Source: Mustelus asterias
Lineage: Eukaryota
Reading direction: 5' to 3'
DNA: 64,000 bases
Assembly (NCBI RefSeq): GCF_964213995.1
Contig: NW_027590164.1
Coordinates: forward strand, 496,001-560,000
Every line of letters begins with the position of its first letter. Positions within the stretch are counted from its first letter, which is position 1. The notes under the pieces are model-generated. The model was not told the origin of the DNA. It ran no database searches and saw only the letters and a list, made by a program, of their open reading frames with translations. Positions 1 through 12,397 of the stretch are shown piece by piece. The translations under genes and the position numbers were made by a program.

Positions 1-14
1 ATGATATGAAAATA

Positions 15-98
15 GTAAGAAGTCTCACAACACCAGGTTAGAGTCCAACAGGTTTATCTGGAACCATGAGCTTTCGGAGCGCTGCTCCTTCATCAGGC
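15..98 (-). mobile_element. Short Penelope-like element terminal fragment with a minimal hammerhead ribozyme motif, flanked by a 12-bp direct repeat
   Basis: GATATGAAAATA at 3-14 and 99-110 (TSD-like). The minus strand reads CTGATGA-A-GGAGC-AGC-GCTCC-GAAA-GCTC (HHR core plus helix II). Related ends occur at ~11593-11643 and ~43190-43265. Confidence 0.7.
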
Positions 99-244
99 GA
101 TATGAAAATACAAGCTGGACTGCAGTGAATGAACCTGAGTGAAGTGGTTCTGATCATGTTGAGGGTTTGTTGGGTGATTCACTCTCCTTTGTTCAGACAC
201 AACATGCCCCAACATCCAACTGCAAGACTTCTTTTCTGCACTGC

Positions 245-420
245 CAGCGCAAGCGCAGTTTTCCCTTAGGTGACGTCATTAGAACAGCCTGTCAACGTGT
301 TCGCGCACGTGCAGATTCTGAGCTAATCGCGCAGTCGCAACCATGCGGTGACGCCATCACGCACACACCATTGTGGTGTCATCACGCCCACTTCCGGGGT
401 TCCCACAGTGGCGGGAGTTT
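245..420 (+). promoter_or_regulatory. CpG-rich promoter, probably of the downstream ZNF (pseudo)gene
   Basis: Local CpG enrichment; NRF1-like GCGCAAGCGCA ~247-257; CRE TGACGTCA 271-278; E-box CACGTG ~306-311; ETS CACTTCCGG 390-398. Confidence 0.55.
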
Positions 421-608
421 TGAAATCTCTCTCTGGTTTCTGATCTTTCCAGCTGCAGCTCCCAGAAGCAGATTTATCTTTAAAACAGCGGCATTGTTTC
501 AGAGGCGAGTGCTTGTGACCATTCCTCTGAAACTGAGAGTTTTTAGTGGTGTGTTCTGTTATCTGAGAGAGGTTCCACGTGTGGCTGGTCTGACTTCTTT
601 ACTGTGGA

Positions 609-796
609 TCATAGAATCATAGAAACCCTACAGTGCAGAAGGAGGCCATTCGGCCCATCGAGTCTGCACCGACCACAATCCCACTCAGGCCCTACCCCCA
701 CATATTTTACCCGATAATCCCTCTAACCTACACATCTCAGGACTCTAAGGGGCAATTTTTAACCTGGCCAATCAACCTAACCCGCACATCTTTGGA
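609..796 (-). mobile_element. HE1-type SINE, 3' half
   Basis: Reverse complement of the SINE tail ...GACTCGATGGGCCGAATGGCCTCCTTCTGCACTGTAGGGTTTCTATGATTCTATGA; matches the other copies in the window. Confidence 0.85.
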
Positions 797-983
797 TCTG
801 AATCCATGTCCATCCATTGCTCAGTTTTACCTCTGCCCTCCCTGATCACCTTTCTGTCATTGTCTAACTTCCCTCTGTCTCTAATGCTGGGTATGTTTTA
901 ACTGTGTTTAATATTTTACTGTTAGATTGTCGAAATGAAGTTTCCACTGTTGTCCCTCCCCCGACTATGTATTGATGGTGATA

Positions 984-1256
984 TTTGAATGCAGTCAAAA
1001 AATCTGGAATTTAAAGTCTACTGATGACCATGAAACCATTGTCGATTGTTGTAAAAAACCTATCTGGTTCACTAATGTCCTTTCGGGAAGAAGATCTGCT
1101 GTCCTTACCTGGCCTGGCCTGGCCTACATGTGACTCCAGATTTTCAGCAATGTGGTTGACTCTTATCTGTCTTCTGGAATGGCTGAGCAAGCCACTCAGT
1201 CCAAGGGCAGTTAGGGATGGGCAATAAATGCTGGCTCGTCCTTCTTCTGTGAATGA
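984..1256 (+). mobile_element. Second SINE family fragment (tRNA-like head family; 3' end AGGGATGGGCAATAAATGCTGG)
   Basis: Related sequence at ~2190-2520 (-), ~2523-2745 (+), ~17150-17420 (+), and a shared 3' end at ~7440-7560. Confidence 0.6.
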
Positions 1257-1292
1257 CTTTTTTAAAAAATTACTAGCTTTATCTTCCCACAG

Positions 1293-1617
1293 CATAGAAT
1301 CATGGAATACCTACAGTGCAGAAGGAGGCCATTCAGCCCATCAAGCTTGCACCAACAATAATCCCACCTAGGCCCTATCCCCATAACCTCACATATTTAC
1401 CCTGCTATCCCCTCTGACAGTAATGGGCAATTTAGCTTGACCAATCCATCTAACCTGCACATTTTTGGAGTGTGGGAGGAAACCGGAGCACCCGGAGGAA
1501 ACCCATGCCAGCACAGGGAGAAGGTGCAAACAGCACACTGACAGTCACCCAAGGCTGGAATTCAACCCGGGTCCCTGGTGCTGTGAGGCAGCAGTGCTAA
1601 CCACTGTGCCACCGTGC
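1293..1617 (-). mobile_element. HE1-type SINE, full length
   Basis: tRNA-derived head (GCACGGTGGCACAGTGGTTAGCACTGC, with A/B boxes), central GTGGGTTTCCTCCGGGTGCTCCGGTTTCCTCCCAC core and CR1-like tail, all on the minus strand. Confidence 0.88.
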
Positions 1618-3282
1618 ATCTTTCAGCATCAGGACGTTTTTTTTTCCTGTAGTCAATTTCTCTTCCACTTCTGAGCTGATTGACCATCAAATCCTGCACC
1701 ATTTTTATTCTCCAAATTTCATTCTGCAGTACCTTCCTGAATTGTTCATTCTGTCTCTTTCTCTCGCCACAGGCAGTACCCGGCCTGCTGAGTTAACAAT
1801 TAACAATCAGCCATGGTCGGAAATATTTGGGCAGATATCTAAAAGCTTGGTCAAAGAGGTAGATTTTAAAGAGGAAAGGGAGGTGGACAGCTGTAGAGAG
1901 CGAGGAGACCAGAATTAGAGGAGTGGCGATTTGTCAGCATTGTGCATCTGGAGGAGATTATAGAGATCATGAGAGTCAAGGCCATGAAGAGATTTGAAAA
2001 ATCATTTCAACAATTAAGGTGGTGTCTTAACCAGAAGCTTGTGAGGGTAAGATGAGGGTTTCAGTGGACAATGAGATGAGGCAAAGGTGAAGTTTGATGA
2101 TACTCTGACCAAAATAGGATTCTAATGATGACATGGAAATGTGGTCAGAAACTCATCTTGGGGTCCAATATGAGGGAAGGTGGTGGTGTTATTATTCATT
2201 CATGGGATGTGGTCATTGCTGGCTGACCAGCATTTATTGCCCATCCCTAATTGCCTGAGGGCAGTTGAGAGTCAAGCACATAGCTGTAGCTCTGGAGTCA
2301 TGGGTAGGCCAGACGGAGTAAGGATGGCAGATTTCCAAACAGGTTTTTACAACAATGGTTACATGGTCATCGGTAGATTCTTAATTCCAGCTAATTTTTT
2401 GTTTATTGAATTCAAATTCCATCACTTTCCGTGGTGGGATTCGAACCCGGGCCTCCAGAACGTTGGCTGAGTTTCTGGATTGATAGTCTAGTGACAATAC
2501 CACTTGGCCATCAACTCCCCGTAATGGTATTGTCGCTGGACTAGGAGCCCAGAGACCCAGGCCAAGATCTGGGGGCCATTTGAATTCAATAAAAATAAAA
2601 TTTAAAAAGGCTAATGACAATTGTCGTAGCAACCCATCTTCGTTCACTGATATCCTTTAGGGAAGGAAATCTGCCATCCTTATTTGGCAATATGGTTAGG
2701 GATGGACAATAATCATTGGCAATGCTCACATCCCATTAATTAAAAAAAACACACAATGATACAGATTGGTTCTGCCACAGTTGTCAGGAAGAGTCAGCAG
2801 CCAGGAATTGGACAATGTCTTCAGATTTCCCAGTTTATTATTGGAGGACTGGTGTCAGACAAATTAAACATCAGGCTGATGTGCAGGGCAACTTGGAGGT
2901 GATGTTCACATATAGCTGCTTACCCTAGTCATTCTAGACTGTGGAGATTGAGGGTTTGGGATATTCTGTCACTGTTCCTGTCAAGTTGTACATATAAAAA
3001 ATCTCTACTTCGCTCTGCCTCTCTCACCTCTTTCTCTCTCATCCCATTGCTGTGGCAAGTTTCCTGCCCTCATGTTGGTTCCATAAACCAGCAGATCCAT
3101 TCCGTTCAATTTTACAAACTGCCTTTGTGATCTTGTGGGTTTTCTCATTCTCTCTTTTTTTCTGTTTTAAATCTCTCAGAATATTTGAAGAGAAGGATTT
3201 GCAGCCGGGACATTCAAACCCACAGCAGAATCTGACAGAATTACCCAATTTATCGTAACCCGACTATCATTTTACTTTGAAC

Positions 3283-4329
3283 ATGGATGAAAAAAGCACC
3301 ATTCACAGTGGAGAGAAACCGTTTATGTGTGCTGTGTGTGGACAGGGCTACAGTCGATCATCTGGCCTGTCGAAACACAAACGCAGTCACACTGGAAAGA
3401 AGTTGTGTAAATGTGGGTCTGTGGGAAGGAATTTAATTTCCCATCTGAGCTGGAAATGCAGTGACGCTGTCACACCGGGGAAAAGCTGTTTAACTGTTCC
3501 GAGTGTGGGAAGGGATTTAATCGCAATGCGCATCTGCACCAACACCAGCGCGTTCACACGAGGGAGAGACCATTCACTTGCTCAGTGTGTGAGAAGGGAT
3601 TTACTAGTTCATCTATCCTGCTGAGACACAAGCAGGTTCATACAGACGAAAGACCTTTCAAATGCGCAGAGTGCGGGAAATGCTTTAATAGTTCGAGGGA
3701 ACTGATGAGCCATCGGGGCGGCACGGTAGCACAGTGGTTAGCACTGCTGCTTCACAGCTCCAGGGTCCCGGGTTCGATTCCCGGCTCGGGTCACTGTCTG
3801 TGTGGAGTTTGCACATTCTCCTCGTGTCTGCGTGGGTTTCCTCCGGGTGCTCCGGTTTCCTCCCACAGTCCAAAGATGTGCAGGTTAGGTTGATTGGCCA
3901 GGTTAAAAATTGCCCCTTAGAGTCCTGAGATGCGTAGGTTAGAGGGATTAGCGGGTAAAAATATATGTGTGGGGGTAGGGCCTGGGTGGGATTGTGGTCG
4001 GTGCAGACTCGATGGGCTGAATGGCCTCCTTCTGCACTGTAGGGTTTCTATGATTCTATGAACTCATTCACTCTGATGAAAGACCGTTCAGGTGCTCTCA
4101 CTGTGAGGCTGGGTTCAAGCATTCGTATCAACCCTCTCTCCACCAGCGCACTCACACTGGGGAGAGGCCGTACACCTGCTCCCAGTGTGGGAAGAAATTC
4201 ACTCAGCCATCCCATCTTCGGTTACACGAACGAGTTCACTCTGGGGAGAAACCATTCACTTGCACTGTCTGTAAGAAGAAATTTGCTCATTCATCCCATA
4301 TGTTGAAACACCAGCGAGGTCACAAGTAA
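3283..4329 (+). pseudogene. C2H2 zinc-finger pseudogene (~8 fingers, no KRAB seen)
   Basis: [19 protein letters not shown]..., with TGEKP-type linkers. Disabled by a 1-bp frameshift ~3419, TGA at 3462-3464 and a SINE inserted in finger 5. Ends ...HQRGHK-TAA at 4329; acceptor ~3179; AATAAA 4454-4459. Confidence 0.88.
3715..4060 (+). mobile_element. HE1-type SINE inserted in the ZNF coding exon
   Basis: Full head-core-tail. Removing it restores GAA CTG ATG AGC CAT C|AA CTC ATT CAC (ELMSHQLIH). Confidence 0.93.
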
Positions 4330-5702
4330 TTGCAATGATTGGATATTGTTAATCACGTCCAGGATTGAACTGTGTTCATTTGGGGTCTGTTTTTGCTGAT
4401 GTTACTAACCTCCAGTCCAGTTATACAAGTGCTAATCTCCTGGCTAAAAGTCAAATAAACTGGCTTTGTGTTAAACAATGTGAGTCGCCTGAATATCTGA
4501 CACAAGTTAATTCCTTCTGAAGGATTCTCCGTCTTTCTATCTGCTCCATCCTCACCTCCAAGTGAGAGGAACTCATGGATCTTCTTTGATTGGAAGATTT
4601 CAATCTTAGTGACAGCTGCTTCTGCCGTGTCCATCCCATGCACTAGCCCACCGAGCTAAAATACCCCTTATCTGAGTCCTGCATCTGTATCTTTCTCTAG
4701 ATTCTCCCACCTCCCCTCATGACCTCTGCCCTCAAGACCCACTTCCTGCACCTTCTATCCTATTCTCGCCGAACTGCTGACTACACAACATCCCCATGTG
4801 AGCTTACATTGTTAATGGTTCGCTTCTTTCTTCGGGTATTGTCCCTCTTTCCTTTAAATCTGTTGTCATCTCCCCCCACTCCCCCCAAAATAACAAACAC
4901 ATCACTCCTGCATCAGTCCCTGGTTAAGCAGCACCCTTGTTTTAAAATTTCTATCCTTATTTTCAATCACTGTATGGCCTCGCCCTTCCCTATCTTTGTA
5001 ATCTTCTCCAGCCCCACAACTCTCAAACATCAGATCATTTACAATTCTGGCCTCGTGTAGTGACCATATTTCATTTGCTCGACCAACAGTGGCAGTGCTT
5101 TCAGCGTCATCACCTGTAAGCTCTGGAAATCCCTCCATAAGCCTCTCTACCTCTTTCTCTTTCTTTACGATGCTTCTTAAATGCTTCCTCAAAACTTTGT
5201 AAGTGCAGAGGATTGCTGTAAAATGAGCCATGCTGCAGAAGCTTTTTCACTTAACATGACACATACAAGAATAGCAAATTTCAAAGGGAACAACAATTTA
5301 TTCTGTATGGAAAGAGTTTGCTGATGGGTTGGGAAGTTGATTCTGGCTGAGTCATTGCAATGTGGAATGCTCCAGAGAACAGTTTGTTCCTCCGTGCTTT
5401 TATTTAATTGGAAAATTGAAAGGAGGGAGATGGCAAGTCGCTCACACCAATTGCTGGGAATTGTAGAAAGAATGAAGCTTGTTCTCAGAAAAGAAGTGGA
5501 CAGAACAGCACAGGAAGTGGAATGAAGAACTGGTTCTCATGAGTATCTGGAGTAGGTCTCTATTAGCCCCATCCAACCACATGAGTGTCATATTGGAGAC
5601 CAAGTGAGGGTAAGAAATTGTGCAAAGGGAGATGTGTTTGGACCCCTGTATAAGGGACCATACACTACAGTGGATAAGGTCAGTTGTATTGAAAATGCAA
5701 AC

Positions 5703-5990
5703 GGGCGGCTTGTACAGTGGTTAGCATTGCTGCCTCACAGCGCCAGCGACCTGGGATCACTTCCTGGCTTAGGTCACTATCTATGTGGAGTTTGCACGTT
5801 CACCCTGTGTCTGCATGGGTTTCCTCTGGGTGCTCCAGTTTCCTCCCAGTCCGAATGACATGCTGGTTAGGTGCAAAATTCTCCCCCAGTGTACCTGAAC
5901 AGGCACGGAGTGTGGCGACTAGGGGATTTTCACAGCAACTTCATTGCAGTGTTAATATAAGCCTATTTGTGGCACAAATAAAATAATAAA
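5703..5990 (+). mobile_element. V-SINE variant with HE1 head/core and an alternative 3' tail
   Basis: Same head and core as HE1, but tail ...GGGGATTTTCACAGCAACTTCATTGCAGTGTTAAT...AATAAA. The same tail occurs at 26871-27165 and 45107-45402. Confidence 0.75.
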
Positions 5991-6087
5991 AGTTTTTACT
6001 AAAAAGTCAAATGGTTTTCTCATAACTCGGTGAAGCTCAGAGTCCCAGATAACGGAAGAAGCTGAGAAGGATCAGGACTGTTAGGTA

Positions 6088-6667
6088 CATAGAAATCATA
6101 GAAACCCTACAGTACAGAAAGAGGCCATTCGGCCCATTGAGTCTGCACCGACCACAATCCCACCCAGGCCCTACCCCCACATCCCTACATATTTACCCAC
6201 GAATCCCTCTAACCTACACATCCCAGGACACTAAGGGCAATTTTTAGCATGGCCAATCAACCTAACCCCCACATCTTTGGACTGTGGGAGGAAACCGGAG
6301 CACCCAGAGGAAACCCACGCAGACACGAGGAGAATGTGCAAACTCCACACAGACAGTGACCCAAGCCGGGAATCGAACCCAGGTTCCTGGAGCTGTGAAG
6401 CAGCAGTGCTAACCACTGTGCTACCGTGCCACCATGGTGAAGAATATGCTGCGGACCTCATAGAAATCATAGAAACCCTACAGTACAGAAAGAGGCCATT
6501 CGGCCCATCGAGTCTGCACCGACCACAATCCCACCCAGGCCCCACCCCCATATCCCTACATATTTACCCACTAATCCCTCTAACCAACGCATTCCAGGAC
6601 ACTAAGGGCAATTTTTAGCATGGCCAATCAACCTAACCCGCACATCTTTGGACTGTGTGACTGTGGG
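6088..6667 (-). mobile_element. Two tandem HE1-type SINEs (6088-6433 full; 6458-6667 3' part)
   Basis: Two near-identical CATAGAAATCATAGAAACCCTACAGTACAG starts, both on the minus strand. Confidence 0.88.
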
Positions 6668-7161
6668 ACAATGATGAAAAAGAAGTGAAAAGTGCACCTG
6701 TACCATGGCTATTGTATCAGGAGGACGTTAAGATGGAAGCTCAATCCCCCTCAGCATCTTCATCTGGATGTTATCCAAAACCACATTAGGAAGGGGAATA
6801 ATATCCAAAATGTCAGACAGTAATGGGGTATAATGAATGATGCTGCAACAGCTTTTAACACCAGGGTTGTTAATACCATTAACTTAGCCACTCTTAAGAT
6901 CAGATCTTAACCATACATTTACAACATATGGTCAGGCCCTAAAGTCTCACGTACAAATGATCAATCAAATTATTAAAGAAAGTAAAATTGTATTAAGTGA
7001 ATCTACTGAATGTATAATGTATGGATCTTGGTTGGTGGAACAAGCCAGAGAGATGATATAGTATATTGCTAAAGGAAGATGCACTGCAGCAATTCACCAA
7101 GGCTCCTGAGGCAGCACCTTCCAAACCCACGACCACTTCCATCTTAAAGGACAAGGACAGA

Positions 7162-7295
7162 AGATAAAAGCAAAATACTGTCGATGCAGGAATGTGAAAC
7201 AAAAACAGAATATGGTGGAAAATCTCAGCAGGTCGGACAGCATCTGGGGGGAGAGAATAGACCCAATGCTTTGAGTCCAGATGACCCTTCATCGG
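7162..7295 (-). mobile_element. Penelope-like terminal repeat fragment with a degenerate HHR, nested in an older LINE/SINE 3' fragment
   Basis: Minus strand CCGATGA-A-GGGTC-ATCTG-GACTC-AAAG followed by CAGATGCTG..GACCTGCTGAGATTTTCCA. Imperfect flanking repeats AAGGACAGAAGATA / AAGGGCAGAAAATA. Confidence 0.6.
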
Positions 7296-7917
7296 AAGGG
7301 CAGAAAATACATGGGAATACCACCACCTGCAAGTTCCCCTCCAACCCATTCACCATCCTGAATTGGAAATGTATCACCATTCCTTCACAGTCACCGGGTC
7401 ATAATCCTGGAATCCCCTCCCTAACGGCATTGTGGGTGAACCCACAGCACATGGACTGCAGGGTTTCAAGAAGGCAGCTCACCACCACCTTCTCAAGGGC
7501 AGCTGGGGATGGGCGATAAATGCTGGCCAGCCAGCGCTGCCCATGTCCATGAATCAATTAAGAAAATGGTTCCCTTGTAGTTAACAGACCAACACCTAAA
7601 GGCTATGCCCACTTATCCATTTAATATGACTATGTGTCAGGTTAGAGAGCTGGTACAGGTACAGTCAGTGAGACATCAGTGTGAATGGTTCAATAGGAGG
7701 AATACTACTCCATTCAATCCAGAGACAGTTTCTGATTTTGCTCACTTCTTTGTCATTCTTGTTGAGCCAGTGTGACGGCCTGAGCAATTCAAACCCGATG
7801 AGCTGAGTGGGTGTTCACTGCATCACAGATCTGATCTTGTCCCAAAGCCTTTCCACACTGTCTTCACTGGAGTCTGTGAGAGTGAGGTGGGAAGAAAGCC
7901 ACACCTGCAATTGGTCT

Positions 7918-8500
7918 GAATCATAGAATCCCGACAGTGCAGAAGGAGGCCATTTGACCCATCGAGTGTGTACCGACCACAATCCCACCCAGGCCCTATT
8001 CCCATAACCCCACATATTTACCCTGCTAATCCCCCTGACACTAAAGGGCAATTTAGCATAGCCAATCAGCCTAGCCCACACATCTTTGGACTGTGGGAGG
8101 AAACCAGGGCACCTGGAGGAAACCCACGCAGACACGGGGAGAATGTGCAAACTCCACACAGACAGTGACCCGAGGCCAGAATTAAACCTGGGACCCGTGT
8201 GTGTGGAGTTTGCACATTCTCCTCGTGTCTGTGTGGGTTTCCTCCGGGTGTTCCGGTTTCCTCCCACAGTCCAACAATGTGCGGGTTAGGTTGATTGGCC
8301 ATGCTAAAATTGCCCCTTAGTGTCCTGAGATGCGTAGGTTAGAGGGATTAGCGGGTAAATATGTAGGGATAAGGGGGTAGGGGTGGGGTGGGATTGTGGT
8401 TGGTGCAGACTCGATGGGCCAAATGGCCTCTTTCTGTACTGTAGGGCTTCTATGATTTCCCTGATGCTGTGAGGCAGTGGTGCTGAACACTGTGCCGCCC
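7918..8500. mobile_element. Nested inverted HE1 SINE pair (minus copy 7918-8195 plus 8461-8500; plus copy ~8197-8457)
   Basis: A plus-strand SINE body interrupts the head of a minus-strand SINE, giving ~250-bp imperfect inverted arms. Confidence 0.82.
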
Positions 8501-9109
8501 GTTCTCTTGCCCCTCTATCCTGGAGAATGTGAATGTGAAATCTTCTCCTGAGTAGCACAGGAGTGAAGGGGACTTTTAAAGAAAAGACTTCAAAACAGTC
8601 TGAAGCTCTGTTTGAAATGCAGCGACCTTACCAGCGATACATATATTCAATATTGAAATCAGAAACAGGGTTTTGAACTTTGCGTGTGTAAATCCTTCCC
8701 TTCTAACCCAGACAAAATTAATTTACAAAATCCATCCCTGTCAATCCAGGATAGGAATTCACAACATTCTCTCCTGTTGACAGGGAGCACCGTGCACACG
8801 CACTGCTCTGCATTAAACAATGAAAGATGTGTTGGGTTTGCATGGACAGAATATCCTGCAGATGTTTCAAATCTGAAATAAAAATAGTCAAAGCCCCAAA
8901 TAGTGAACAGACCCGGCAGCTTCTGTGGAGACAGAAACAGAGTGAAACATACAGTCAAACACACACATGAATCCGGAGCAGCAGTGGCCCCTCTACTCCA
9001 GCATTTGATAAGATCCCGGCTGATCTGATTGTGATCACAACTCCACTTTCCTGTCTACCCCAACACCCGCCCCCCAAAAAAACCCTTAGACTCTCTTGTC
9101 AATCAAGAA

Positions 9110-9513
9110 TCCATCCATCCTTTCCATACCTTTTCTCCCCCTTTTATTTCCCTTTCCCCTTTTCCCATTTTACCTCTCTCCCACCCATTCCCTCTCCCCC
9201 TCCCCCCACATCTTCATCTGTCACAGTTGATTTTAGTTTCCCTGCCGTTGGCCATTCACACCCTTTATTCTCTCGATGGACAGCCATTAGCAGCTCTTTA
9301 CCCGAGTTTCTGTAGCTGTGACTCATTTTTTATTCCCTCACCCTGCAGTGTAAATATCTCCCACTTTCTATGCCTTTTAGCTTTGACAAAGAGTCGTCTG
9401 GACTCGAAACGTCCACTCTTTTCTCTCTTTACAGATGCTGCCAGACCTGCTGAGATTTTCCAGCATTTTCTCTTTTGGTTTCAGATTCCAGCATCCGCAG
9501 TAATTTGCTTTTA
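9110..9513 (+). mobile_element. Penelope-like terminal repeat with a hammerhead motif (9379-9417)
   Basis: Pyrimidine-rich segment, then AGCT-TTGACAA-A-GAGTC-GTCTG-GACTC-GAAA-CGTC, then the recurring CAGATGCTGCCAGACCTGCTGAGATTTTCCAGCATTTTC...GCAGTAATTTGCTTTTAT end. Confidence 0.7.
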
Positions 9514-11642
9514 TCCACTTAATCAGTCTTAAAAACATTCAATGACTCTGTCTTCACTGCTCTCTGGGGAAGAGAAACCAAAGACCTTCTGAGAGAAAAA
9601 AACATTTCAATCTCTCTGTCTCAAACGTCTCAAGTCTAGCTCGCTCTCCAGTGCCACACAGAGAAAGCCAGGCCTGTGAAGGAGGGAGAGAGGGAGATGG
9701 AGAAGAACAAAATGGAAGGTCTGCAAACTGACAAAATGATTCACGGCTCAATACCAAAGCGAGTGGTAATGGGACAAGTAAAGTCACAAAAGATGTTCTG
9801 GATGAGGTGTGAATAGCAGCAGTCTGAATACGAAGTAAATAAAACAAAAGGTGAAGATAGCAACAACGAAACACAGAACGCAAAGGGGGCAGAGATTGTG
9901 GTGTAAAATTGTTGAACTCAGTTTTGTTCCGAAGGTTGTAAGATACCTCTTTCAGTTGCGGGAAATATATTTCCCAGTTCGATGACAGGTCACAGTCAGT
10001 CTGTTTCTCTCTCCACAGAGGCTGCCTGACTTGTTGAGTGTTTTCAGCCAAAAGAGAAAATGCTGGAAAATCTCAGCAGGTCTGGCAGCATCGGTAAATA
10101 GGGAAAAGAGCTGAGGTTTCGAGTCCAGGTGACTCTCTTGACAAAAGCAACAATTTGCTTTCATTCATGAGTATTTCCAGCGTTTTCTGTTTTATGTCAC
10201 AGAGAATGTGTAAGAATTGTCACACCCGGAACAGATGTCTCTTCCTCGGGACACTCCAGCTCGGGTCAGGGTGGGGGGATAATGTTCACTGTTTTATATT
10301 TGTGTCTGGTGTGAATAATATCTTAGATTAAACGGAGAAGTTTTTTAAACTGAAGAGAGTAACTGCATTTGGGCGCTGACTTTAAACAACATTAACAAGC
10401 CCGGGCTGCTGGAGAAACATTTAGGGATTTGTGAGCAGTCAGTTCCGGCTGGTTTGAAGTGAAATCCTGTCGGTGCTGCGGCAAATCTGAACTCAAACCA
10501 GACAAACTGGAACCGCTGGGTTAGAGATTCCGGGTGTTGGGATGTGGGAGCTGGGGGAGGGGGAGATGGCGGTAAAACTCTGAGCCTGACTTCAGACAGG
10601 GTGAGCGGGGTAAAGGGGAGGAATGACAGAGTTAATGTGGGAGTCAGGGACAATAGCAGAAGGTGGGAAGCTCTGGAAAGGAGCACGGAGGGTAAAGGCC
10701 ATCAAAGAATGCTTGTTTAAATGAAGATAAAAGCAAAACACTGCGGATGCTGGAATCTGAAACATAAACAGAAAATGCTGGAAAATCTCAGCAGGTTTGA
10801 CAGCATCTGTGTAGAGAGAATAGAGTTAATGCTTCCAGTCTGGATGATCACAGATGTGATCAGACCTGCTGAGGTTTTCCATGACTTTCTGTTTTTGATT
10901 AACTGAAGGTTCAGCAGGGAAAGAAGCAGCGAACTGAACACACTGAACCCAGGGGGAGGGGGTGACCCAGGATAAGCTCAGTGAGGCTCTGCAATGTCCA
11001 TCAACACACCCACATTGAGAGCTGAGAGCGCCAAGGGGGAGGGGAAGGAGAAACTATTTGGGGCACAGCAGGAGGTCACCCCTCCCCCACTCTGTGGTTC
11101 CACAGACCCTCCCACACCTGGGCAGGGTTGGCTCAAGGTGCAGGAAGCTGCAAGCTGAGAGGCTGAGCTGTAAACTGGGCCGGGTTGGGGGTTTGAGTGA
11201 CAGCCCTGGGGCTATATCAGGACAGGAACTGCCACAGATTCCCTCTTTTTCCTGGGACGTTTCACTGGAGCTGTGTTGGTGAGTGTTTGTAATCTCTGTC
11301 TCACTGTCTCGGTAATGGGGGTGGGTTGTAGATTGCTGTGAGTGTTAGACTAAATAACCTCTCCTCATGCTGCCAGTTCCAGTCTGCAGACTCCATTTCT
11401 CAGTCCAGTCTGCTGCTCTGTCTCTCTGTACTTTGCTGCAGTGCTCCACATTCTGAGCAACATCCAGCCCATTGTTATCACCCGAAATTTGAGGCAAACT
11501 CCCTTCACTGTGGCACAGCGGTTAGCACTGCTGCCTCACTGAGTCTGGGTTCGATTCCAGCGGTGGGTGACTGTCTGTGTGGAGTTTGCACAGTAAGAAG
11601 TCTCAGAACACCAGGGTAAATTCCAATACATTTATGTGGAAT

Positions 11643-11802
11643 CAAAGCAAATTACTGCGGCTGCTGGGATTTGAAACCAAAAGAGAAATTGCTGGAAAAT
11701 CTCAGCAGATATGGCAGGATCTGTAAGGAGAGAAAAGAGCTGATGCTTTGAGTCCAGATGACGCTTTGTCAAAGCTTTGAGAAAGGGTCATCTGGACTCG
11801 AA
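11643..11802. mobile_element. Penelope-like terminal repeat with an inverted partial second copy (palindromic HHR pair)
   Basis: 28-bp arms 11747-11774 / 11775-11802 (3 mismatches) centred on AAAGCTTT. Confidence 0.68.
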
Positions 11803-12260
11803 ATAGAACATAGAAAAGCTACAGCACAAACATGCCCTTCGGCCCACAAGTTGCGCCGAACATGTCCCTACCTGCTAGGCTTACTATAATCCTCTATCTT
11901 ACTAACTTCCATGAACTTATCCAAAAGTCTCTTAAAAGACCCTATCGAATCCACCTCCACCACCACTACCGGCAGCCGATTTCACGCACCCACCACCCTC
12001 TGAGTGAAAAACTTACGCCTAACATCTCTTCTCTACCTACTCCCCAGCACCCTAAAACTGACCTCTTGTGGCAACCATTTCAACCCTGGGTAAAAGCCTC
12101 TGAGAATCCACTCTATCAATACACCTCAACATTTTATACACCTCTATCAGGTCACCTCTCATCCTTCGCTTCTCCAAGGAGAAAAGACCTAGTTCTCTCA
12201 ACCTATCCTCATAAGGCATGCCACCGAATCCAGGCAACATCCTTGCAAATCTCCTCTGCA
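11803..12260 (-). mobile_element. CR1/HER1 LINE 3' fragment
   Basis: Translation QRRFARMLPGFGGMPYEDRLRELGLFSLEKRRMRGDLIEVYK; (TTCTATG)n tail. Confidence 0.85.
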
Positions 12261-12397
12261 GGTTAGGTAAATTTGTCCCTTGGTGTCCCAAGATATGCAG
12301 TGTCTAATTTGATTTATTATTGTTGCATGTTCTGGGATACAGTGAAAAGTATTATTTCTTGCGTGCTATACAGAAAAAAACTAAATTGATAGAGCCC

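Larger units (their letters stand above)
618..4588 (+). repeat. Segmental duplication, copy 1 (direct repeat of 60035-64000)
   Basis: Near-identical sequence, and ORF translations recur at an offset of 59412-59417 (e.g. 3277..3624 vs 62689..63036). Only scattered substitutions and one 5-bp indel. Confidence 0.97.

Noticed and set aside
1465-1674. Recurrent small ORFs such as [14 protein letters not shown] / [14 protein letters not shown] (many copies)
   Set aside because: They are translations of HE1 SINE copies, not a protein family.
2425-2510. tRNA-like sequence with a GGTTCGAATCCC B-box (also ~17150-17235)
   Set aside because: SINE head; the spacing is too long, there is no complete cloverleaf, and it continues into the SINE body.
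3730-3768. CACAGTG heptamers in SINE heads and in ZNF linkers
   Set aside because: No nonamer at 12 or 23 nt, so not RSSs.
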